64,000 bases of DNA from Candidatus Woesearchaeota archaeon (lineage in GTDB: Archaea > Nanobdellota > Nanobdellia > Woesearchaeales > JACQSR01), in assembly GCA_016211215.1 (NCBI GenBank), contig JACQSR010000028.1:11423-75422 (forward strand). Reading direction: 5' to 3'. The notes under the pieces were generated by a model, which made no database searches, was not told the origin of the DNA, and saw only the letters and a program-made list of their open reading frames with translations. The position numbers and the translations under genes are program-made. The stretch's first letter is position 1; every line of letters starts with the position of its first letter. Of this stretch, positions 53,048 through 63,411 are shown piece by piece.

Positions 53048-54189
53048 CCAAACATCTTCATGTAGTCCTTTCCTTCCTTGCTCTCGGACTCCTTGACCTT
53101 TTCAATCGCCCTCTCGAGGTCTTTCTTAAGAATCTTAAACCTGTTTTCCCTTATGGCAAAGTATCCTGCTTCAGTGCACACCGCCCTTATCTCGGCTCCC
53201 GAGAAATTCTCCATCTGGTTTGTGATGTCCTGTATGGAAATCACCGGGTCCAGCTTCATCTTTGACGAATGTATCGAGAATATGCTCTGCCTTGCATCCT
53301 TCTCCGGAAGCGGGACATTAATCAGCCTGTCCAATCTTCCCGGCCTTGTGATTGCAGGGTCTAAAATGTCCTTCCTGTTGGTTGCGCCTATAACCTTGAC
53401 ATTATCCAGCGGCTTGAACCCGTCAAGCTCCGCAAGAAGCTGCATGAAAGTCCTGTTCACTTCCCTCTCCCCGGAAGTGCCTATCTCCATTCTCGTCGCA
53501 GCGAGAGCGTCAATCTCGTCAATAAAAATAACCGACGGCGCTTTCTCCCTCGCAAGCTCGAATATTTCCTTCACGAGCTTCGCGCCCTCGCCAATAAATT
53601 TCTGCACGAGCTCGGAAGCAACAACTCCGATGAATGTTGAATTTGTAGAAGAAGCAACCGCCTTTGCAAGCAATGTCTTCCCGGTTCCGGGAGGCCCGTA
53701 AAGCAAAACACCTTTTGGAGGCTCTATCCCTACTTTGACGAAAAGCTCCGGCTTCAGCAATGGAAGCTCTATGACTTCCTTAATCTCCCTCACCTGATGT
53801 TCAAGCCCGCCGACATCAGCCCACGTTACCGTTGGCTTCTCTATAATCACGAACTTGTCAACATTGAATACCTTCACGCTTGGAATCTTCCTTATGATTG
53901 TAAGGTTCTTCTGCTCCGCGAGAACCATCTCCCCGGGGCGCAGCTTCGGGCACTCCGCGGAAACATTGACAGAAAACTGGTTTCCGTTCGGAATTTTTAT
54001 CAGCGCATTGTCGCCGTAAGCTTCATACACTTCGCAAACCATGAGCGGAGGCTGCTTGAATTTGTCAAGCTCCGCCTTCATTTTCTCGAGCGTGTCCCTC
54101 AAAACCCTGTTTTCCTCCTCAAGTTGGTTTGTTGTTGTTGAATAACTGTAAATCACGCTGTCGAGAATGCTTTTGTTGTTTGCGTTCAT
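53044..54189 (-). CDS. pan: proteasome-activating nucleotidase (AAA+ ATPase)
   Basis: An N-terminal coiled coil, an OB region, Walker A GPPGTGKTLLAKAVA and Walker B VIFIDEIDAL are present. Confidence 0.93.
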   Translation of the reverse strand: MNANNKSILDSVIYSYSTTTNQLEEENRVLRDTLEKMKAELDKFKQPPLMVCEVYEAYGDNALIKIPNGNQFSVNVSAECPKLRPGEMVLAEQKNLTIIRKIPSVKVFNVDKFVIIEKPTVTWADVGGLEHQVREIKEVIELPLLKPELFVKVGIEPPKGVLLYGPPGTGKTLLAKAVASSTNSTFIGVVASELVQKFIGEGAKLVKEIFELAREKAPSVIFIDEIDALAATRMEIGTSGEREVNRTFMQLLAELDGFKPLDNVKVIGATNRKDILDPAITRPGRLDRLINVPLPEKDARQSIFSIHSSKMKLDPVISIQDITNQMENFSGAEIRAVCTEAGYFAIRENRFKILKKDLERAIEKVKESESKEGKDYMKMFG

Positions 54190-54285
54190 GTGAAATCATA
54201 ATGGACCCTTCTTTAAAAAGATTTGTGTTGTGAAAATAAGATAATTTTTTGAAAACGAAAGGCTTATAAAACTTTTCAAGAAAGA

Positions 54286-56037
54286 TTAAATCACAAATTT
54301 TCCCCTTTTCTTTATCCAGTGTTTTTTTCCGCTTTTATCCACGCCGTAAATGTCGTGCTTCTGCCTTATGGAATCAACAACAACGTCTATGTGGTATTCA
54401 GTTGCCCTGTCAGGCTCATAGCCCGAGCCCATTGCAACGTGCATCATCCCTGCAATTTTCTCGTTTACAATAAGGTAATCGCATATCTTTGCCTTTGGGT
54501 TGGTGTTTATCGCAAACTCCCCTATGTGGTTGAAGAATTTCTTTTTCATCTCCACAACTTCCTTCGGGACTGATTTGTTTTTCTCCTGTATCTCAATCAG
54601 CTTCCACGCTTCCGACTTTCTGCTGTTGAACTTCCCAAGTATTTTTTTTGGAGCCCGGATAACCCTGTAGCCGTTTTTAGCTGACTTTATCACGAACGGC
54701 TCCTTTTCGCTTAGCATGTAGCTTTGGTCTATTGCTATTACGACGTCACCAACAACAGTACCTTCAACATATTCCGGAGTCACAAACATCTCCCCGCCGG
54801 GAATATTGCCCATGCTTCCTGCCCTTATCCCCGTTCTCCTGAGGTAAGACTGCTGTATCAGGTTTCTCAGCTCAGTGTCAGAACCCCGCGCCCACCTGTG
54901 CTTTCCGTTTGGCATTATCAGGCCAACTTCTATCTTTGTCCTGTATCCGCATTTCTGCATTTCCCCCTCGACAATTATTTTTTCGCACCTGTGGCAGATG
55001 TCAATCAGAACACGGTCCTTTCTTGTAAGCTCGTCCCAGTCAATCAGGTTGGTCTCGATAAAAACATCTATTGGAAGCGTTTCAGTAAAGCCAACCCTCG
55101 ACATTGGATTTCTGTCCTCCAGTACAGTCTGGGGATAGAAATCAAACTTGTAGATTATTCCGGATGGGGAATTCCACCTTGACTTCCTGTTCAGCGTCGG
55201 GTATCCTATGGTCTGCCCGAATATGTGCCTGCCCCCATATCCCTTGGCAGAAACAAAAAAGTTTGCGCTGCTGATTTTTATCCTGTCAGTGTTTAGCATT
55301 CCTGAAAGCTTCCTGAATGTGACGAATGGCTCTTCATCAATCACCTTGTCAAGCTCGCACCCAATCAGGGCCGCCTTCAAATCAGAAATTCTCTCGGGAA
55401 AATCCATCTGCGACATTCTTGGGGAAGATGCATTTAATGTCACCTCGATTGCCTTTTTCTCTGCAGATTCCTTCATTGCATCTGCAACGGCATATGAGTC
55501 CAGATAATCTTCCAAAGGAAGCTCCAGCAGTTTTCGCTTTGGTATCAGCACAAATCCAACCCCCACGCGCTCTTTCTTCAGCGCATAAACTCCTTTCCAC
55601 ACTGCATCTGCTGTCTTAATGAGCCTTTCCCGCTTGTATTCCCTGAACCACTCCGCATGATAAGGCAGTTTTATGCTTCCCTCAAACGAATTTTTCCCTG
55701 CGCAAAGCCGTATTTCCGGCCTCCTGAACAATTTTTTGAATTCCCCTTTCGCCTTTTTGTCAACTATCGAGATAAACTTTTCCAGGGTTTCATCCTTTTT
55801 CTCATGCAAATCCCAGACATTTTCCAGGCTCTCCAGAATCGGAGATTTTCCCCTGAAGCCCATAACGTGCATGTCCCCCCCTAATTCGTGCACGGCAGCA
55901 GAAAAGGGAGCAAAGGAGCGATATGCATTCCTGTTGTCCGGGTCAAACGTGATAAGGAAGGTTTTCCCCCTTATATTGCCCAGCTTCTTTTTGTAATCCT
56001 CAATCGCAGAATTGAATTTTTTTAGATTGTACTTCAT
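54286..56037 (-). CDS. M29 (aminopeptidase T/S)-like protein with long N-terminal extension
   Basis: NIPGGEMFVTPE and NEKIAGMMHVAMGSGY...EYHIDVVV resemble M29 conserved blocks. This is a by-eye assignment. Confidence 0.55.
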   Translation of the reverse strand: MKYNLKKFNSAIEDYKKKLGNIRGKTFLITFDPDNRNAYRSFAPFSAAVHELGGDMHVMGFRGKSPILESLENVWDLHEKKDETLEKFISIVDKKAKGEFKKLFRRPEIRLCAGKNSFEGSIKLPYHAEWFREYKRERLIKTADAVWKGVYALKKERVGVGFVLIPKRKLLELPLEDYLDSYAVADAMKESAEKKAIEVTLNASSPRMSQMDFPERISDLKAALIGCELDKVIDEEPFVTFRKLSGMLNTDRIKISSANFFVSAKGYGGRHIFGQTIGYPTLNRKSRWNSPSGIIYKFDFYPQTVLEDRNPMSRVGFTETLPIDVFIETNLIDWDELTRKDRVLIDICHRCEKIIVEGEMQKCGYRTKIEVGLIMPNGKHRWARGSDTELRNLIQQSYLRRTGIRAGSMGNIPGGEMFVTPEYVEGTVVGDVVIAIDQSYMLSEKEPFVIKSAKNGYRVIRAPKKILGKFNSRKSEAWKLIEIQEKNKSVPKEVVEMKKKFFNHIGEFAINTNPKAKICDYLIVNEKIAGMMHVAMGSGYEPDRATEYHIDVVVDSIRQKHDIYGVDKSGKKHWIKKRGKFVI

Positions 56038-56083
56038 GAAGACTCAACATAAAACTGCATTAATAAAGATTTGGTTTAAAGTA

Positions 56084-56461
56084 TTATACCGGGCTTATCC
56101 GCCTAAGAGTCACACCCTTGCTTCTGATTCCTTCTAAAGCTGCGTCTATGCTTTCATCTTCCTCCAAAAGGTATTCAAGAGTATAATCACCAACTCCCGC
56201 AACTGTGTTTCCTTGGAGATGTTTTAACTCAGGATGATATTTGCCATTCGCCCATATAGGATTTCCTTCAAGTGTAATCAGACGAACTCGTTTTGGGGGA
56301 ATAGAAACCCAGCTTAACTTTTTTGTCGGATCATATATCCCTGCTCTGCCGACATTAGCTGGAATAGGCCCGCCTTTGGGAGTGTACACCAATATATCAT
56401 CAAGCCCCGAAGCGAATATCCCTATATTATCTCCCTTCAGCCTTACGTATTCTCCGCCCAT
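56084..56461 (-). CDS. hypothetical protein
   Basis: ORF 56084..56608 is trimmed to ATG 56461, about 25 nt from the TATA-like TATATAAA. Confidence 0.45.
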   Translation of the reverse strand: MGGEYVRLKGDNIGIFASGLDDILVYTPKGGPIPANVGRAGIYDPTKKLSWVSIPPKRVRLITLEGNPIWANGKYHPELKHLQGNTVAGVGDYTLEYLLEEDESIDAALEGIRSKGVTLRRISPV

Positions 56462-56535
56462 GATTGTTGTTACTAACAGATAGTATATAAATGTTTTGGA
56501 CAAACTGTTTAAATTGCACCCAATTCCCCCTCGGG

Positions 56536-57570
56536 ATGAATCTTGAAGACAGAATAAAAAATGGCAGCGTGGAAACAAGAATATTTCAGGCATCTTCCCC
56601 CCTCTCAAGATTCCTTGAAAATTCCCTCAAGAGAATAATACTTTCGCTTTCTGACAGGGAAAACAGGGCTGAATACAGCGAACAGCTGGACATAGCTACA
56701 AAAAATCCCATTATCGCAGCCAAGGGACTGTATAATATTTTCACCCATCACCCCGTCAAGGGAATAAGTGTCCTGAACGGAATATACCACTGGGTCCGGA
56801 AATATTCCGGCGCACAGAAGAATGCAAGAGACAAGGACAGGTACCTGATTTATACCCAGCATGACCACAAAATACCATTCATGCCAGAAGAAGACATCAT
56901 GTACACCTACATGATTGCCCAGATTTCAGTTATACTAAATGAGCTTGCCGGACTCGTAAAGAATAAAGAGCTGAAGGATATAACTGAAATCTTCCAGGAT
57001 GCAAATGACATTGCCGTTGAAGTTTTTAGTGAGTACCCAACAACAATGCCGCGTTTCCTTGGCCACAGGAGAATCAACCTTAAGGTAATACAAGGTGTGG
57101 ACAAGCCGTTAAACTGCTGCCCAAGCCTCCATATTGCCTACTCTGTGCTGCTCGACAACATCGGAGAATCTGTAATAGCCGGCCGCTCTGAAAAAAACGA
57201 TGTTGCGGCTTCCATTCAGTACTCCACATTGCGCATGTTTAACTCTGTCCTTTATACAAAACAGCACTCCATAGTAGACGTTGCGTTCGGTATTTTATGC
57301 GCAAGAATCGCATACGAGCGCAAATTCAACAGGAAGTTCAATGACCTGACAAAAACCTTCAGGCTAATGGAGCAGGATTACCCGGACATAAACTACAGGG
57401 AAATAAAAAGAATTTACTTTGACGGTGTTGCCGGGCTTGGAAAACAGAAAAGCCTGAAAGAGATTGTTGGGGAATACCTAAAGAACAACAGTTATCCACT
57501 GGTAAAACCCGGCACCGACTTAACTGGCTGCTATTTCGACACGAAGAGAAAGGAGATAGTAAAGGCCTAA
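56536..57570 (+). CDS. PAP2_3-like (phosphatase / phosphotransferase superfamily) protein
   Basis: CCPSLHIAYSV and KQHSIVDVAFG resemble the PSxH and HxxxD motifs of the PAP2_3 family. The start is trimmed to ATG 56536. Confidence 0.45.
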   Translation: MNLEDRIKNGSVETRIFQASSPLSRFLENSLKRIILSLSDRENRAEYSEQLDIATKNPIIAAKGLYNIFTHHPVKGISVLNGIYHWVRKYSGAQKNARDKDRYLIYTQHDHKIPFMPEEDIMYTYMIAQISVILNELAGLVKNKELKDITEIFQDANDIAVEVFSEYPTTMPRFLGHRRINLKVIQGVDKPLNCCPSLHIAYSVLLDNIGESVIAGRSEKNDVAASIQYSTLRMFNSVLYTKQHSIVDVAFGILCARIAYERKFNRKFNDLTKTFRLMEQDYPDINYREIKRIYFDGVAGLGKQKSLKEIVGEYLKNNSYPLVKPGTDLTGCYFDTKRKEIVKA

Positions 57571-57828
57571 ATAACTATTTACTCAAAAGTAGTGCACAAA
57601 TCTTTAGCCACTCGTAAAACCAAAAAGTATAAATATCAAGCCAGCGTAATAACATATAATAGCGGCACTAAATAAATAATATCCAATAGTTATTGCCGCT
57701 AGTATATACTAGAGGATGAAAACCCACTAAAAGTATTAATTACTTTCATCCCCTATTATACAACCTGATTCTAAGATTACTGCCCAAAGTTTAATGCTCA
57801 CAAAATCGGCTTTGAGGGGGGTGAAAAA

Positions 57829-57996
57829 ATGAAGCAGGCATTGAAGAACGTCAGTTGCGACCCGGTGTGCGGGTTCAGCATAACAAGCCATGATGAGAGG
57901 GAGTTGAAGGCGATTGTCATGACGCACGCAAAGAAGGCGCACCACATGGACATGACTGGCAGAGAGGTTGAAGGCATGATGAAAATGGTTGCGTGA
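57829..57996 (+). CDS. DUF1059 small metal-binding protein (not in ORF track)
   Basis: The 55-aa sequence is MKQALKNVSCDPVCGFSITSHDERELKAIVMTHAKKAHHMDMTGREVEGMMKMVA. A strong SD GAGGGGGGTGA lies 6 nt upstream. Confidence 0.65.
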   Translation: MKQALKNVSCDPVCGFSITSHDERELKAIVMTHAKKAHHMDMTGREVEGMMKMVA

Positions 57997-58041
57997 AAAC
58001 ATTTAAATACAGGCGTTGGGGGTGATACTCAAAGGTCTAAA

Positions 58042-58659
58042 ATGGCATCAAAATGGGAAAAGCTGGCGGATGAGAAATCCATTAAGACAGCAATAGCTGC
58101 ATTAAAGGAAAACGGCATAGAAGCGCTCTTCGCAGAAACATCTGATGATGCAAAGAAGAAAGTAATTGGGATTCTGCCAAAGGGCGCGGATGTCATGGAC
58201 ATGACTTCAATGACGCTGGAAGCTGCAAGCATCACAAAGGAAATCAAGGACTCAGGAAAATACAATTCAATAAAGGCAAAGCTTATGTCGATGGACAGGA
58301 AAACGCAGGGAAGCGAAATGCAGAAATTAGGCGCGGCTCCCGACTGGGTTGTTGGAAGTGTCCACGCAGTTACGGAAGACGGCCATGTCCTTATTGCATC
58401 TGCATCTGGAAGCCAATTGCCGGCTTATGCCTATGGGGCTTCTCACGTCATCTGGGTTGCAGGGACGCATAAGATAGTAAAGAATGTTGATGAAGGGATT
58501 AAACGAATCTACGAACACAGCCTGCCAATGGAAAGCGAGCGCGCAAAGCTGGCATACGGCGTTCCCGGAAGCGCAGTCAACAAGCTCCTCATCTTCAACA
58601 AAGAGTTCCAGCCTGGAAGGGTAACACTAATTTTAGTTAATGAAGTTCTGGGGTTTTGA
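58042..58659 (+). CDS. LUD (LutC/YkgG-like) domain protein
   Basis: ...APDWVVGSVHAVTEDGHVLIASASGSQL...GRVTLILVNEVLGF follows the LUD/DUF162 pattern. Confidence 0.7.
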   Translation: MASKWEKLADEKSIKTAIAALKENGIEALFAETSDDAKKKVIGILPKGADVMDMTSMTLEAASITKEIKDSGKYNSIKAKLMSMDRKTQGSEMQKLGAAPDWVVGSVHAVTEDGHVLIASASGSQLPAYAYGASHVIWVAGTHKIVKNVDEGIKRIYEHSLPMESERAKLAYGVPGSAVNKLLIFNKEFQPGRVTLILVNEVLGF

Positions 58660-58668
58660 AAAGGCCAA

Positions 58669-59745
58669 TTACTTAACAACCGCCAGCCTCTTCGTCACCT
58701 TCGTCAGTATCTCCGCTTTTTTGCCGTTAAACATAACAGTATCTTCTATCCGCATGCCAAACTTTCCCTCAAGATATAATCCCGGCTCTATTGTGAATAC
58801 CATGTTCTTCTCTATCTTGTCTTTTGACTTTGGCGACAAGTTTGGAAGCTCATGTATCTCTATTCCAACCCCATGCCCCAATCCGTGGGTAAAGAACTTC
58901 GCATAATGCCTCAAATCCCGGACTGCATTTTTGTACAGCTTTGCGCATTTAACCCCTTTCCCGATATTTTTTATCCCATTCTCCTGAGCCCTAAGCAAAA
59001 AGTTGTAAAGCCCAATCTCCTTCTCGTTCGGCTTCCCGACATAAACCATGCGCGTAATGTCCGTGCAATAACCCCTGTAGGTTACGCCAAAATCAACCAC
59101 GCAAAAACCTTTCTTTATCGGAACTTTCTGCGGCGCATAATGCGGCATTGACGCGTTGCTTCCCGATGCAACTATCGGCGGAAATGACATTCCACAGTTT
59201 TGTTTTATTGCTTCCATCCTGAGATAATTTGCAGCGTCTGTCTCTGTCCTGAATGTCCTGAACTTTCCGAGCATATTCTTCGTTATCCTGTTCGCAATCC
59301 TGAATGACTCCTTGATTAATTTTATTTCATCAGCGGTTTTTATCATCCTGAGCTGCCTGCATGCCGCTCCAACATCTTTTATTTTCACGCCCCTGAATCC
59401 CTTCTTCAGCCCCTTCAGCAAGTCCAGTGTGGTAGACGCAAAATCCACTCCAACAACCCTGCTGTTCACGCCTTTTCTTTTCAGCAGCGTTTTTACCTGG
59501 GGAAACAGCTTCTCCTTCTTCGACCATGAAACCACGTTTTTTACCCGCGAGGTTTTCCCTGCCCGCTCCGATTCCATCTCCGGAACAACTAAAAAAGGTC
59601 TTGACGATTTTGGCACCACAAGCACTCCAGCACCGTCATAGCCCGTAAAGTAGAAAAAGTTTGCATTTGGGCGCATGTTCATGAATACTGCCGCATCAAT
59701 CCCCTTCTCTTTCAGATGGTCTTGAAACCCTTTTATTTTCATCAT
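58669..59745 (-). CDS. M24B Xaa-Pro aminopeptidase/dipeptidase
   Basis: The pita-bread metal ligand blocks DFG..YRGYCTDITR, HGLGHGVGIEIHE and EPGLY...G.RIED are present. Confidence 0.88.
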   Translation of the reverse strand: MMKIKGFQDHLKEKGIDAAVFMNMRPNANFFYFTGYDGAGVLVVPKSSRPFLVVPEMESERAGKTSRVKNVVSWSKKEKLFPQVKTLLKRKGVNSRVVGVDFASTTLDLLKGLKKGFRGVKIKDVGAACRQLRMIKTADEIKLIKESFRIANRITKNMLGKFRTFRTETDAANYLRMEAIKQNCGMSFPPIVASGSNASMPHYAPQKVPIKKGFCVVDFGVTYRGYCTDITRMVYVGKPNEKEIGLYNFLLRAQENGIKNIGKGVKCAKLYKNAVRDLRHYAKFFTHGLGHGVGIEIHELPNLSPKSKDKIEKNMVFTIEPGLYLEGKFGMRIEDTVMFNGKKAEILTKVTKRLAVVK

Positions 59746-59918
59746 AATGGCAATATATTTAAGCTGTACTTACGGACAATAATCAATGGGCGATAGTCGT
59801 CTGTATTCACTATCGTTCATAATGTCAAATTTACAATTTGACACGTTCGCATTAGCAAACGACAGATATATTGCCCAAATGTTTGTGTCATTTGCTGTAT
59901 TTAAGTGTTGCCCTTGCT

Positions 59919-61118
59919 ATGAAAAAATACACCCTGAAAAACGGCCTGAAGCTTATAGTTGACGCTCGCGACACAGAAACATTCTCCATCATGGCCGAAG
60001 TCCTCATCGGCTCCCTCTATGAGAAGGGCAACGAAGGCATTTCCCATCTGGTTGAGCACATGGTGTTTGAGGGCACAAAAAAAAGAAGGGACGCAAAGGA
60101 AATTTCCAGGGAAATTGAAGGAATAGGCGGCCTGATTAACGCGTTCACCGAGCACGAAAGGACCTGCTTCTTCGTCAAGGTTCCCAAAAAAAACGCGGCC
60201 CTGGCCATTGATGTTATCTCTGACATAATTCAGAACTCCGTTTTTTCCTCCAAAGCCTTCAGAAAGGAAAAGGGAGTCATACTGAATGAAATTAACATGT
60301 CGCTGGACGAGCCGAGATTCCACCAGTGGAACATTTTCTATGATGCCGTGTTTCCCAATCACCCTGCCGGAAAGCCCATTTACGGCGCAGTTGAAAGCCT
60401 GAAAGGATTGTCGCGCGACAGTGCATTTGAGTTCTACAAAAAGAATTATGTGCCCGGCAACATCGTGATTGGTGTTGTCGGAAACCTGAAAAACGCAAAA
60501 GAGACTGTCGAGAAAAAATTCTCTTTCCTTCCGAAGCAGTTCAGTTTGCCAAAAATCCCCAAGTTCCCGGCATCGGGGCCTAAAACTGTTGCCGAGAAAA
60601 GAAAAACAAAGCATTCATATTTCGTGCTCGGCTACAGGACTGTCCCCCGGCACCACCCGGACTCCTATGCCATTGATGTCATAAAGGCTATACTTGGAAG
60701 GGGCCAGTCAGGAATCCTGTTTGACGAGATTAGGAACAAGCTTGGACTGGTTTACGAGGTAGGGGTGCTTCACGATGTAAAAAAAAGCTTCGGGGTTTTT
60801 GCGGTATACCTTAACACCGACAAAAAGAACCTTCCGCTGTGCAGGGAAATTGCGCTCAGGGAAATAAGAAATTTAGCCGGCGTTCCGGAATCAGAAGTTA
60901 AGGAAGCCATAGGCTTCATTGAGGGCAGCACCATTCTTGACCACGAGATTACTGAAAACCGCGCCGAAGACATCTGCTTTTGGGAGGCAATCGGGAATTC
61001 AGGATTGATGGATTCCTACCTCAAGAGAATAAGGAATGTCACAAGGGCAGATGTTGCAAGAGCCGCGAAAAAATACTTTTCCGGGAAGCCGGTAATTGCA
61101 GTCATAGAGCAGGGATAA
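59919..61118 (+). CDS. M16 (pitrilysin) family zinc peptidase
   Basis: The inverted zinc motif HLVEHMVFEGT (HxxEH) is present. The start is trimmed to ATG 59919. Confidence 0.88.
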   Translation: MKKYTLKNGLKLIVDARDTETFSIMAEVLIGSLYEKGNEGISHLVEHMVFEGTKKRRDAKEISREIEGIGGLINAFTEHERTCFFVKVPKKNAALAIDVISDIIQNSVFSSKAFRKEKGVILNEINMSLDEPRFHQWNIFYDAVFPNHPAGKPIYGAVESLKGLSRDSAFEFYKKNYVPGNIVIGVVGNLKNAKETVEKKFSFLPKQFSLPKIPKFPASGPKTVAEKRKTKHSYFVLGYRTVPRHHPDSYAIDVIKAILGRGQSGILFDEIRNKLGLVYEVGVLHDVKKSFGVFAVYLNTDKKNLPLCREIALREIRNLAGVPESEVKEAIGFIEGSTILDHEITENRAEDICFWEAIGNSGLMDSYLKRIRNVTRADVARAAKKYFSGKPVIAVIEQG

Positions 61119-61127
61119 TTGGCCCAA

Positions 61128-61802
61128 TCATCGGCTTAACACCTCATTTACAATAAAGTTGTAAGAATTATCCCCCGCCAATCTCTGAATCTCTTCAACC
61201 GCTGCTTTCGCCAATGCCCTTGTCTTTGCTTTTTCATCCCTCTTGCCTGCAACATGGCCCAGGTCTTCAATGAGATTTAATGAGGCTGATCCCGCGCTTT
61301 TTGCGTAACGCACTGCCTGATAGCGCGCATGCTGGTTTTTTGATTCTCTCATCGCCTCTCCGAGCACAGGCCCAACCCTGCCGGAAAACACTGCTGCAAA
61401 GCACGCAATGTCTCTTAAGTAATCTTCTGGCGCAATATGGCGATGGCTTTTTGGCCAGTCTTTAAGCAGGTATTCCACAAGATTTGCAAGAAGATAGATA
61501 GTGCCCTGCTCAGGTGCCTTTGAAGTCTGAACCACTGATTCCGGCTGGAACCTTGAATTCTCCCCCGCCACTTCAAAAAAGAGCCTTCTTCTTTCGCGTG
61601 CTGCACCAGTAAGCCAGAAGTCAATCACTTCATACGGCGATAAACTTTCCCCGCTAGGTACTAAGGAGTATTTCTCCGTCCTTGAGTAATCCCACAGCGG
61701 ATGCGCAAGAAAGACCAGGCTTGCATCCTCTACAGGCATACCGAGCTTGGCTCTAACCGTGTCAATCTTTCTGACGCATTCTTCAACGTTAATCGGCACC
61801 AT
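61128..61802 (-). CDS. hypothetical protein
   Basis: This is a 224-codon ORF with no recognised family. Confidence 0.5.
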   Translation of the reverse strand: MVPINVEECVRKIDTVRAKLGMPVEDASLVFLAHPLWDYSRTEKYSLVPSGESLSPYEVIDFWLTGAARERRRLFFEVAGENSRFQPESVVQTSKAPEQGTIYLLANLVEYLLKDWPKSHRHIAPEDYLRDIACFAAVFSGRVGPVLGEAMRESKNQHARYQAVRYAKSAGSASLNLIEDLGHVAGKRDEKAKTRALAKAAVEEIQRLAGDNSYNFIVNEVLSR

Positions 61803-61855
61803 CCATATCGGGGGTTTCGCTTTGCGTATAAAAGCCTTCTTAACAGAATAAATTG

Positions 61856-62932
61856 TTACCTGGTCACCTGAAAAGACCTTACCTCGTCCTGCAGTTTTTT
61901 CGCTGACTTGTTCTTCTCAAAATGCTCCCTCACGGGGCTTAGGATTTCGTTTAACTTTTCGGCAACACCCTTCTTCAGGTCCATTGGATGCAGATTTCCT
62001 TCCCTGAACAATTTTTCCAGTTCATCATACGAGGCAATTTCAATATTACCTCCAAACTTTTCCGGCCTTTCTATTTTCATTGCATCAAATTTCTCGAATA
62101 CTATAAATTTGCAGTACTCCAGCAGGGGATTTTCCCCGACAACCTTTGCAGGGCAGTATGCATTGTTTATTTTCCTCCTGACATCTTCCCCGGAGTCCGT
62201 CATGAATATTGCACTGTCCGGCTTTGACTTTGACATTTTCATTTCCATTGCCCTTTCCATCGCGTCTTCCGTCTTTGGAGGCTGCCCAAGTCCCATGAGC
62301 ATATGGTGCGATACAACAACAGGCTTCGTAAACCCAAGCTTCGGAGCCAGTTCACGCGCAAGAACGTTGACTTTCCTCTGGTCCATCCCCAGCTGGGTGA
62401 TGTCTGCCCTGATGTGGAAAATATCCGCGCACTGCATGCATGGATACATTATCTGCGAAGCCTGAAGTATGTCCGATTCTCTTCTCCCCATAATCTGCGA
62501 AGTCCTCAAAATCCTCTTCAATGTGCTGTTCCTTGCAACCTGCATTACAATCTTCCAGTAATTTTCATCCTTCACAAACTCGTTGGCCCATACAAAATCC
62601 ACCTTGTCCAAGTCCATTCCAGATGCTTTCCACACCTCAATTATGTACTTTCCAGCCTTCTGTATCTTCTCCAAATCTCCCCCTAATTTGTTGTTTGCCC
62701 ATGCGTGCCAGTCCGCAACAAAAATCTTGAACCTTGCGCCTGCCCTTGTGAGCTTGTTGATGTTTATTGCCCTCAAAGTCCCCTGCGCAATGTGGATGTC
62801 CGTTCCTGAAGGCTCAAAACCATCATACGCAACCGGATGTGCTTTTGTCTCAAGCAAAGATTTCAGCTCTTCCTCTGTTATGATTTCCTCCCCGACCTGT
62901 CTTACAAGCTCCAGTTTGTCGTTGACATCCAT
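61856..62932 (-). CDS. tyrS: tyrosyl-tRNA synthetase (archaeal type)
   Basis: YDGFEPSG, KMSKS and the C-terminal AYCP...ERPEKFGGNIEIASYDELEKLFREGNLHPMDLK closely parallel M. jannaschii TyrRS. The start is trimmed to ATG 62932. Confidence 0.92.
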   Translation of the reverse strand: MDVNDKLELVRQVGEEIITEEELKSLLETKAHPVAYDGFEPSGTDIHIAQGTLRAININKLTRAGARFKIFVADWHAWANNKLGGDLEKIQKAGKYIIEVWKASGMDLDKVDFVWANEFVKDENYWKIVMQVARNSTLKRILRTSQIMGRRESDILQASQIMYPCMQCADIFHIRADITQLGMDQRKVNVLARELAPKLGFTKPVVVSHHMLMGLGQPPKTEDAMERAMEMKMSKSKPDSAIFMTDSGEDVRRKINNAYCPAKVVGENPLLEYCKFIVFEKFDAMKIERPEKFGGNIEIASYDELEKLFREGNLHPMDLKKGVAEKLNEILSPVREHFEKNKSAKKLQDEVRSFQVTR

Positions 62933-63003
62933 ATCCCTCTCCAATAATAACCAGTTTAAATATCTTAGTAAGGCTTTTAAGCTGTCCCAGCCTCCCAAGC
63001 TAG

Positions 63004-63303
63004 ATGGACCACAACAAGGAAATCTCAAGGGTTTGCACAATTGCAGAGGAATTAAGAAAATATGTTTCTGAATTGGAAAGAGAAACAATCAAGCCCGAGT
63101 TTGGCGTATTCGTCCACGAACTTGAAGCTATTTTGAAGTGCAGCACCACGAAAGAGGCGCCGGAACAGATGAGCGCAGACGAATACCTGGCTTATCTCGG
63201 CATAGTAAACAGGCTCAAAGCATATTTGACTCTTAACGCTGGCATGCCCTGCGACCCTGGCACTTTCGTTTCAGTTCTAAAAGACAGAATATTGAGGGAA
63301 TGA
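63004..63303 (+). CDS. hypothetical protein
   Basis: This 99-codon ORF is followed by a hairpin and T-run. Confidence 0.45.
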   Translation: MDHNKEISRVCTIAEELRKYVSELERETIKPEFGVFVHELEAILKCSTTKEAPEQMSADEYLAYLGIVNRLKAYLTLNAGMPCDPGTFVSVLKDRILRE

Positions 63304-63326
63304 GTTCTTGGCTATGCGATTTAGGA

Positions 63327-63347
63327 CCGGAAACTTTCCGGATTTTT
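63327..63347 (+). terminator. hairpin plus oligo-T
   Basis: CCGGAAA-C-TTTCCGG is followed by ATTTTT, about 25 nt after the stop at 63303. Confidence 0.45.
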
Positions 63348-63411
63348 CTCCAAAAGGTTGATTAATGGGAAAAATATCCCAATTAAAGATAGAAAAGCTT
63401 TTATAGTCAAT

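Noticed and set aside
57736-58002. 88-aa minus-strand ORF from the track.
   Set aside because: It fully overlaps a plus-strand 55-aa DUF1059-like gene that has a strong SD and a recognisable family pattern. The minus frame has no start context or family.
59901-60614. 237-aa minus-strand ORF antisense to the M16 peptidase gene.
   Set aside because: The plus-strand frame carries the HxxEH motif and full-length M16 similarity. The antisense ORF has no family or start context.
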